DNA from: Eledone cirrhosa
Taxonomy: Eukaryota
Direction: 5' to 3'
Length of the DNA: 64,000 nucleotides
Assembly: GCA_964016885.1 (NCBI GenBank)
Contig: OZ024744.1
Span: forward strand, 16,492,001 to 16,556,000
The notes under the pieces are model-generated. The model did not search any database. It was not told the DNA's origin and was given only the letters and a program-made list of their open reading frames with translations. This document shows positions 54,701 to 64,000 of this stretch, in pieces (the stretch's first letter is position 1; every line of letters begins with the position of its first letter). The translations under genes and the position numbers were made by a program.

Positions 54701-57700
54701 TCCAGTGTTTTCTGCAGTACTGTGTAAAGTGTACCGTTCAGCTGAAGAATGTGTCCTGTGTTTACTGTAGCACTGTGTAAAGTATACTGTTCACCTGAAG
54801 AATGTGTCCTGTGTTTACTGTAGTAATGTGTAAAGTGTACTGTTCACCTGACGAATGTGTCCTGTGTTTACTGTAGTAATGCGTAAAGTGTACTGTTCAC
54901 CTGAAGAATGTGTCCTGTGTTTACTGTAGTACTGTGTAAAGTGTACTGTTCACATGAAGAATGTGTCCTGTGTTTATTGTAGTACTGTGTAAAATGTAGT
55001 GTTCAGCTGAAGAATGTGTCCTGTGTTTAATGTAGGACTGTGTAAATTGTATTGTTCACCTGAAAAATGTGTCCTGTGTTTACTGTAGTACTGTGTAAAG
55101 TGTACAGTTCACCTTAAGAAAGTGTCCCATGTTTACTGTAGTACTGTGTAAAGTGTACTGTTCACCTGAAGAACGAGTCCTGTGTTTACTGTAGTACTGT
55201 GTAAAGTGTACTGTTCACCTGTAGAATGTGTCCTGTGTTTACTCTAGTACTGTGTAAAGTGTACTGTTTACCTGAAGAATGTGTCCTGTGTTTACTGTAG
55301 TACTGTGTAAAGTGTACTGTTCAGCTGAAGAATGTGTCCTGTGTTTACTGTAGTACTGTGTAAAGTGTACTGTTCACCTGAAGAATGTGTCCTGTGTTTA
55401 CTGTAGTAATGTGTAAAGTGTGCTGTTCAGCTGAAGAATGTGTCCTGTGTTTACTGTAGTAATGTGTAAAGTGTACTGTTCACCTGAAGAATATGTCCCG
55501 TGTTTACTGTAGTACTGTGTAAAGTGTACTCTTCACCTGAAGAATGTGTCCTGTGTTTACTGTAGTACTGTGTAAAGTATAATGCACAGCTGAAGAAAGT
55601 GTCCTGTGTTTACTGTAGGACTGTGTAAAGTGTACTGTTCACCTGAAGAATGTGTACTGTGTTTACTGTAGTACTGTGTAAAGTGTACTCTTCACCTGAA
55701 GAATGTGTCCTGTGTTTACTGTTTTACGCTGGTACTGTGTAAAGCGTACTGTTTACCTGACGAACGTGTCGTAGTGTTTACTGTAGAACTGTGTAAAGTG
55801 TACTGTTCAGCTGAGGAATGTGTCCTGTGTTTACTGTAGTAGTGTGTAAAGTGTACTGTTCAGCTAACTAATGGTTCCTGTGTTTACTGTAGTACCGTGT
55901 AAAATGCACTCTTCACCTGAAGAATGTGTCCTGTGTTTACTATCGTACTGTGTAAAGTGTACTCTTCACCTGAAGAATGTGTCCAGTGTTTTCTGCAGTA
56001 CTGTGTAAAGTGTACCGTTCAGCTGAAGAATGTGTCCTGTGTTTACTGTAGCACTGTGTAAAGTATACTGTTCACCTGAGGAATGTGTCCTGTGTTTACT
56101 GTAGTAATGTGTAAAGTGTACTGTTCACCTGACGAATGTGTCCTGTGTTTACTGTAGTAATGCGTAAAGTGTACTGTTCACCTGAAGAATGTGTCCTGTG
56201 TTTACTGTAGTACTGTGTAAAGTGTACTGTTCACATGAAGAATGTGTCCTGTGTTTATTGTAGTACTGTGTAAAATGTAGTGTTCAGCTGAAGAATGTGT
56301 CCTGTGTTTAATGTAGGACTGTGTAAATTGTATTGTTCACCTGAAAAATGTGTCCTGTGTTTACTGTAGTACTGTGTAAAGTGTACAGTTCACCTTAAGA
56401 AAGTGTCCCATGTTTACTGTAGTACTGTGTAAAGTGTACTGTTCACCTGAAGAACGAGTCCTGTGTTTACTGTAGTACTGTGTAAAGTGTACTGTTCACC
56501 TGAAGAATGTGTCCTCTGTTTACTCTAGTACTGTGTAAAGTGTAATGTTTACCTGAAGAATGTATCCTGTGTTTACTGTAGTACTGTGTAAAGTGTACTG
56601 TTCACCTGAATAATATGTCCCGTGTTTTCTGTAGTACTGTGTAAAGTGTACTGTTCACCTGAAGAAAGTGTCCTGTGTTTACTGTAGTACTGTGTAAAGT
56701 GTACTGTTCACCTGAAGAATGTGTCCTGTGTTTACTGTAGTACTGTGTAAAGTGTACTGTTCAGCTGAGGAATGTTTCCTGCGTTTACTTTAGTACAGTG
56801 TAAAGTGTACTGTTCACGTGAAGAATGTGTTCTGTGTTGACTGTAGTACTGTGTAAAGTGTACTGTTCACCTGAAGAATGTGTCCTGTGTTTACTGTAGT
56901 ACTGTGTAACGTGTACTGTTCACCTGAAGAATGTGTCCTGTGTTTACTGTAGTACTGTGTAAAGTGTACTGTTCAGCTGAAGAATGTGTTCTCTGTTTAG
57001 TGTAGTAACGTGTAAAGTGTACTGTTCACCTGATGAATGTGTCCTGTGTTTACTGTAGTACTGTGTAAAGTGTACTGTTCACCTGAAGAATGTGTCCTGT
57101 GTTTACTGTAGTAATGTGTAAAGTGTACTGTTCAGCTGACGAATGGTTCCTGTATTTTCTGTAGTAATGTGTAAAGTGTACTGTTCACCTGAAGAATGTG
57201 TCCTGTGTTTACTGTAGTACTGTGTAAAGTGTACTGTTCACCTGAAGAATGTGTCCTGTGTTTACTGTAGTACTGTGTAAAGTGTACTGTTCACCTGAAG
57301 CATGTGTCCTGTGTTTACTGTAGTACTGTGTAAAGTGTACTGTTCACCTGAAGAATGTGTCCTGTGTTTACTGTAGTAATGTGTAAAGTGTGCTGTTCAG
57401 CTGAAGAATGTGTCCTGTGTTTACTGTAGTAATGTGTAAAGTGTACTGTTCACCTGAAGAATATGTCCCGTGTTTACTGTAGTACTGTGTAAAGTGTACT
57501 CTTCACCTGAAGAATGTGTCCTGTGTTTACTGTAGTACTGTGTAAAGTATAATGCACAGCTGAAGAAAGTGTCCTGTGTTTACTGTAGGACTGTGTAAAG
57601 TGTACTGTTCACCTGAAGAATGTGTACTGTGTTTACTGTAGTACTGTGTAAAGTGTACTCTTCACCTGAAGAATGTGTCCTGTGTTTACTGTTTTACGCT

Positions 57701-60700
57701 GGTACTGTGTAAAGCGTACTGTTTACCTGACGAACGTGTCCTGTGTTTACTGTAGAACTGTGTAAAGTGTACTGTTCAGCTGAGGAATGTGTCCTGTGTT
57801 TACTGTAGTAGTGTGTAAAGTGTACTGTTCAGCTAACTAATGGTTCCTGTGTTTACTGTAGTACCGTGTAAAATGCACTCTTCACCTGAAGAATGTGTCC
57901 TGTGTTTACTATCGTACTGTGTAAAGTGTACTCTTCACCTGAAGAATGTGTCCAGTGTTTTCTGCAGTACTGTGTAAAGTGTACCGTTCAGCTGAAGAAT
58001 GTGTCCTGTGTTTACTGTAGCACTGTGTAAAGTATACTGTTCACCTGAGGAATGTGTCCTGTGTTTACTGTAGTAATGTGTAAAGTGTACTGTTCACCTG
58101 ACGAATGTGTCCTGTGTTTACTGTAGTAATGCGTAAAGTGTACTGTTCACCTGAAGAATGTGTCCTGTGTTTACTGTAGTACTGTGTAAAGTGTACTGTT
58201 CACATGAAGAATGTGTCCTGTGTTTATTGTAGTACTGTGTAAAATGTAGTGTTCAGCTGAAGAATGTGTCCTGTGTTTAATGTAGGACTGTGTAAATTGT
58301 ATTGTTCACCTGAAAAATGTGTCCTGTGTTTACTGTAGTACTGTGTAAAGTGTACAGTTCACCTTAAGAAAGTGTCCCATGTTTACTGTAGTACTGTGTA
58401 AAGTGTACTGTTCACCTGAAGAACGAGTCCTGTGTTTACTGTAGTACTGTGTAAAGTGTACTGTTCACCTGAAGAATGTGTCCTCTGTTTACTCTAGTAC
58501 TGTGTAAAGTGTAATGTTTACCTGAAGAATGTATCCTGTGTTTACTGTAGTACTGTGTAAAGTGTACTGTTCACATGAAGAATGTGTCCTGTGTTTATTG
58601 TAGTACTGTGTAAAATGTAGTGTTCAGCTGAAGAATGTGTCCTGTGTTTAATGTAGGACTGTGTAAATTGTATTGTTCACCTGAAAAATGTGTCCTGTGT
58701 TTACTGTAGTACTGTGTAAAGTGTACAGTTCACCTTAAGAAAGTGTCCCATGTTTACTGTAGTACTGTGTAAAGTGTACTGTTCACCTGAAGAACGAGTC
58801 CTGTGTTTACTGTAGTACTGTGTAAAGTGTACTGTTCACCTGAAGAATGTGTCCTCTGTTTACTCTAGTACTGTGTAAAGTGTAATGTTTACCTGAAGAA
58901 TGTATCCTGTGTTTACTGTAGTACTGTGTAAAGTGTACTGTTCACCTGAATAATATGTCCCGTGTTTTCTGTAGTACTGTGTAAAGTGTACTGTTCACCT
59001 GAAGAAAGTGTCCTGTGTTTACTGTAGTACTGTGTAAAGTGTACTGTTCACCTGAAGAATGTGTCCTGTGTTTACTGTAGTACTGTGTAAAGTGTACTGT
59101 TCAGCTGAGGAATGTTTCCTGCGTTTACTTTAGTACAGTGTAAAGTGTACTGTTCACGTGAAGAATGTGTTCTGTGTTGACTGTAGTACTGTGTAAAGTG
59201 TACTGTTCACCTGAAGAATGTGTCCTGTGTTTACTGTAGTACTGTGTAACGTGTACTGTTCACCTGAAGAATGTGTCCTGTGTTTACTGTAGTACTGTGT
59301 AAAGTGTACTGTTCAGCTGAAGAATGTGTCCTCTGTTTAGTGTAGTAACGTGTAAAGTGTACTGTTCACCTGATGAATGTGTCCTGTGTTTACTGTAGTA
59401 CTGTGTAAAGTGTACTGTTCACCTGAAGAATGTGTCCTGTGTTTACTGTAGTAATGTGTAAAGTGTACTGTTCAGCTGACGAATGGTTCCTGTATTTTCT
59501 GTAGTAATGTGTAAAGTGTACTGTTCACCTGAAGAATGTGTCCTGTGTTTACTGTAGTACTGTGTAAAGTGTACTGTTCACCTGAAGAATGTGTCCTGTG
59601 TTTACTGTAGTACTGTGTAAAGTGTACTGTTCACCTGAAGCATGTGTCCTGTGTTTACTGTAGTACTGTGTAAAGTGTACTGTTCACCTGAAGAATGTGT
59701 CCTGTGTTTACTGTAGTAATGTGTAAAGTGTGCTGTTCAGCTGAAGAATGTGTCCTGTGTTTACTGTAGTAATGTGTAAAGTGTACTGTTCACCTGAAGA
59801 ATATGTCCCGTGTTTACTGTAGTACTGTGTAAAGTGTACTCTTCACCTGAAGAATGTGTCCTGTGTTTACTGTAGTACTGTGTAAAGTATAATGCACAGC
59901 TGAAGAAAGTGTCCTGTGTTTACTGTAGGACTGTGTAAAGTGTACTGTTCACCTGAAGAATGTGTACTGTGTTTACTGTAGTACTGTGTAAAGTGTACTC
60001 TTCACCTGAAGAATGTGTCCTGTGTTTACTGTTTTACGCTGGTACTGTGTAAAGCGTACTGTTTACCTGACGAACGTGTCCTGTGTTTACTGTAGAACTG
60101 TGTAAAGTGTACTGTTCAGCTGAGGAATGTGTCCTGTGTTTACTGTAGTAGTGTGTAAAGTGTACTGTTCAGCTAACTAATGGTTCCTGTGTTTACTGTA
60201 GTACCGTGTAAAATGCACTCTTCACCTGAAGAATGTGTCCTGTGTTTACTATCGTACTGTGTAAAGTGTACTCTTCACCTGAAGAATGTGTCCAGTGTTT
60301 TCTGCAGTACTGTGTAAAGTGTACCGTTCAGCTGAAGAATGTGTCCTGTGTTTACTGTAGCACTGTGTAAAGTATACTGTTCACCTGAGGAATGTGTCCT
60401 GTGTTTACTGTAGTAATGTGTAAAGTGTACTGTTCACCTGACGAATGTGTCCTGTGTTTACTGTAGTAATGCGTAAAGTGTACTGTTCACCTGAAGAATG
60501 TGTCCTGTGTTTACTGTAGTACTGTGTAAAGTGTACTGTTCACATGAAGAATGTGTCCTGTGTTTATTGTAGTACTGTGTAAAATGTAGTGTTCAGCTGA
60601 AGAATGTGTCCTGTGTTTAATGTAGGACTGTGTAAATTGTATTGTTCACCTGAAAAATGTGTCCTGTGTTTACTGTAGTACTGTGTAAAGTGTACAGTTC

Positions 60701-63700
60701 ACCTTAAGAAAGTGTCCCATGTTTACTGTAGTACTGTGTAAAGTGTACTGTTCACCTGAAGAACGAGTCCTGTGTTTACTGTAGTACTGTGTAAAGTGTA
60801 CTGTTCACCTGAAGAATGTGTCCTCTGTTTACTCTAGTACTGTGTAAAGTGTAATGTTTAGCTGAAGAATGTATCCTGTGTTTACTGTAGTACTGTGTAA
60901 AGTGTACTGTTCACCTGAATAATATGTCCCGTGTTTTCTGTAGTACTGTGTAAAGTGTACTGTTCACCTGAAGAAAGTGTCCTGTGTTTACTGTAGTACT
61001 GTGTAAAGTGCACTGTTCACCTGAAGAATGTGTCCTGTGTTTACTGTAGTACTGTGTAAAGTGTACTATTCAGCTGAGGAATGTTTCCTGCGTTTACTTT
61101 AGTACAGTGTAAAGTGTACTGTTCACGTGAAGAATGTGTTCTGTGTTGACTGTAGTACTGTGTAAAGTGTACTGTTCACCTGAAGAATGTGTCCTGTGTT
61201 TACTGTAGTACTGTGTAACGTGTACTGTTCACCTGAAGAATGTGTCCTGTGTTTACTGTAGTACTGTGTAAAGTGTACTGTTCACCTGAAGAATGTGTCC
61301 TGTCTTTATTGTAGTACTGTGTAAAGTGTACTGTTCAGCTGAAGAATGTGTCCTCTGTTTAGTGTAGTAACGTGTAAAGTGTACTGTTCACCTGATGAAT
61401 GTGTCCTGTGTTTACTGTAGTACTGTGTAAAGTGTACTGTTCACCTGAAGAATGTGTCCTGCGTTTACTGTATTAATGTGTAAAGTGTACTGTTCAGCTG
61501 ACGAATGGTTCCTGTATTTTCTGTAGTAATGTGTAAAGTGTACTGTTCACCTGAAGAATGTGTCCTGTGTTTACTGTAGTACTGTGTAAAGTGTACTGTT
61601 CACCTGAAGAATGTGTCCTGTGTTTACTGTAGTACTGTGTAAAGTGTACTGTTCACCTGAAGCATGTGTCCTGTGTTTACTGTAGTACTGTGTAAAGTGT
61701 ACTGTTCGCCTGAAGAATGTGTCCTGTGTTTAATGTGGTACTGTGTAAAGTGTACTGTTCAGCTGAAGAATGTGTCCTGTGTTTACTCTAGTACTGTGTA
61801 AAGTGTACTGTTCACCTGAAGAATATGTCCTCTGTTTAACTTAGTAATGTGTAAAGTGTACTCTTCACCTGAAGAATGTGTCCTGTGTTTACTGTGGTAC
61901 TGTGTAAAGTGTACTGTTCAGCTGAAGAATGTATCCTGTGTTTACTGTAGTACAGTGTACAGTGTACTGTTCAGTTGAAGAATGTGTCCCGTGTTTACTG
62001 TAGTACTGTGTAACGTGTACTGTTCACCTGAAGAATGTGTCCTGTGTTTACTGTAGTACTGTTTAAAGTGTACTGTTCAGCTGAAGAATGTGTCCTGTGT
62101 TTACTGTAGTACTGTGTAACGTGTACTGTTCACCTGAAGAATGTGTCCTGTGTTTACTGTAGTAACCTGTAAAGTGTACTGTTCACCTGACGAATGTGTC
62201 CTGTGTTTACTGTAGTAATGCGTAAAGTGTACTGTTCACCTGAACAATGTGTCCTGTGTTTACTGTAGTACTGTGTAAAGTGTACTGTTCACATGAAGAA
62301 CGTGTCCTGCGTTTATTGTAGTACTGTGTAAAATGTAGTGTTCAGCTGAAGAATGTGTCCTGTGTTTAATGTAGGACTGTGTAAATTGTACTGTTCACCT
62401 GAAAAATGTGTCCTGTGTTTACTGTAGTACTGTGTAAAGTGTACAGTTCACCTTAAGAAAGTGTCCCATGTTTACTGTTGTACTGTGTAAAGTGTACTGT
62501 TCACCTGAAGAACGAGTCCTGTGTTTACTGTAGTACTGTGTAAAGTGTACTGTTCACCTGAAGAATGTGTCCTGTGTTTACTCTAGTACTGTGTAAAGTG
62601 TACTGTTTACCTGAAGAATGTGTCCTGTGTTTACTCTAGTACTGTGTAAAGTGTACTGTTCAGCTGAAGAATGTGTCCTGTGTTTACTGTAGTACTGTGT
62701 AAAGTGTACTGTTCACCTGAAGAATGTGTCCTGTGTTTACTGTAGTAATGTGTAAAGTGTGCTGTTCAGCTGAAGAATGTGTCCTGTGTTTACTGTAGTA
62801 ATGTGTAAAGTGTACTGTTCACCTGAAGAATATGTCCCGTGTTTACTGTAGTACTGTGTAAAGTATAATGCACAGCTGAAGAAAGTGTCCTGTGTTTACT
62901 GTAGGACTGTGTAAAGTGTACTGTTCACCTGAAGAATGTGTACTGTGTTTACTGTAGTACTGTGTAAAGTGTACTCTTCACCTGAAGAATGTGTCCTGTG
63001 GTTACTGTTTTACGCTGGTACTGTGTAAAGCGTACTGTTTACCTGACGAACGTGTCCTGTGTTTACTGTAGAACTGTGTAAAGTGTACTGTTCAGCTGAG
63101 GAATGTGTCCTGTGTTTACTGTAGTAGTGTGTAAAGTGTACTGTTCAGCTAACTAATGGTTCCTGTGTTTACTGTAGTACCGTGTAAAATGTACTCTTCA
63201 CCTGAAGAATGTGTCCTGTGTTTACTATCGTACTGTGTAAAGTGTACTCTTCATCTGAAGAATGTGTCCAGTGTTTTCTGCAGTACTGTGTAAAGTGTAC
63301 CGTTCAGCTGAAGAATGTGTCCTGTGTTTACTGTAGCACTGTGTAAAGTATACTGTTCACCTGAGGAATGTGTCCTGTGTTTACTGTAGTAATGTGTAAA
63401 GTGTACTGTTCACCTGACGAATGTGTCCTGTGTTTACTGTAGTAATGCGTAAAGTGTACTGTTCACCTGAAGAATGTGTCCTGTGTTTACTGTAGTACTG
63501 TGTAAAGTGTACTGTTCACATGAAGAATGTGTCCTGTGTTTATTGTAGTACTGTGTAAAATGTAGTGTTCAGCTGAAGAATGTGTCCTGTGTTTAATGTA
63601 GGACTGTGTAAATTGTATTGTTCACCTGAAAAATGTGTCCTGTGTTTACTGTAGTACTGTGTAAAGTGTACAGTTCACCTTAAGAAAGTGTCCCATGTTT

Positions 63701-64000
63701 ACTGTAGTACTGTGTAAAGTGTACTGTTCACCTGAAGAACGAGTCCTGTGTTTACTGTAGTACTGTGTAAAGTGTACTGTTCACCTGAAGAATGTGTCCT
63801 CTGTTTACTCTGGTACTGTGTAAAGTGTAATGTATACCTGAAGAATGTATCCTGTGTTTACTGTAGTACTGTGTAAAGTGTACTGTTCACCTGAAGAATA
63901 TGTCCCGTGTTTTCTGTAGTACTGTGTAAAGTGTACTGTTCACCTGAAGAAAGTGTCCTCTGTTTACTGTAGTACTGTGTAAAGTGTACTGTTCACCTGA
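48800..64000 (+). repeat. 3' sub-array of related higher-order units (47, 56, 24, 37, 44, 56 monomers)
   Basis: Marker spacings are 2,499, 2,976, 1,280, 1,970, 2,340 and 2,976 bp, all n x 53 + 8 (one has a further +1). The units share GCGTACTGTTTACCTGACG and CCAGTGTTTTCTGCAG. Confidence 0.8.
58190..58940 (+). repeat. 371-bp (7-monomer) local tandem duplication
   Basis: The run from CACATG to GTATCC appears twice (58201 and 58572, offset 371 = 7x53). This accounts for the 37- versus 44-monomer difference between neighbouring units. Confidence 0.85.

Larger units (their letters stand above)
1..64000. repeat. 53-bp tandem satellite DNA array (~1,200 monomers, head-to-tail, extends beyond both window edges)
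   Basis: Units start at 1, 54, 107 and so on. The consensus GTCCTGTGTTTACTGTAGTACTGTGTAAAGTGTACTGTTCACCTGAAGAATGT (13 G, 8 C, 12 A, 20 T) recurs to the last base with a few substitutions per copy. I saw no unique sequence and no inverted block. Confidence 0.99.

Noticed and set aside
55768-55780. Singleton odd monomers (GTCGTAGTG at ~55768; GTTTCAG at 42841)
   Set aside because: Each is a single occurrence that cannot be told apart from a sequencing error or a private mutation.
1-64000. CRISPR array
   Set aside because: The repeats abut directly with no unique spacers. There is no leader and no cas gene.
1-64000. Repetitive protein-coding ORF on either strand
   Set aside because: Each consensus monomer has TAG, TAA and TGA on + and TGA and TAA on -. 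Because 53 is not a multiple of 3, every frame hits a stop within 159 bp. Reassigning only TGA, or only TAA/TAG, does not rescue a frame.
1-64000. tRNA, 5S, snRNA or spliced-leader tandem gene array
   Set aside because: The unit is too short, and I recognised no cloverleaf, Pol III A/B boxes or known RNA sequence. A small-RNA precursor role cannot be excluded without expression data.
1-64000. Transposon insertion or strand inversion within the array
   Set aside because: I saw no non-satellite sequence, terminal repeats, target-site duplication or reverse-complement monomer (ACAGTAAACACAGGAC) on the + strand.
1-64000. Telomeric repeat or simple (TG)n microsatellite
   Set aside because: There are no G-run telomere units, and TG runs are at most 2-3 units inside a complex 53-mer.

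Overview
The whole 64 kb window is one uninterrupted, single-orientation tandem satellite array of about 1,200 copies of a 53-bp monomer (consensus GTCCTGTGTTTACTGTAGTACTGTGTAAAGTGTACTGTTCACCTGAAGAATGT; ~40% GC, T/G-skewed, no CpG). I found no genes, RNA genes, CRISPR spacers or transposon insertions. It is most likely eukaryotic heterochromatic or centromeric satellite, but I cannot identify the family or the species. The structure lies in the variants. A ~20-monomer ordered cassette is marked by a 61-bp insertion monomer (29 copies counted), and several secondary cassettes are shuffled around it in different combinations. There are nested recent duplications (371 bp, 2,128 bp, ~2,772 bp x3, 9,819 bp x2) and a ~43.7 kb long-range paralogy marked by a shared 36-bp truncated monomer. 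Each consensus monomer carries a forkhead-type motif (TGTTTAC), an E-box (CACCTG) and several short dyads. Any function for these is inference only. All counts were made by eye and need computational confirmation.
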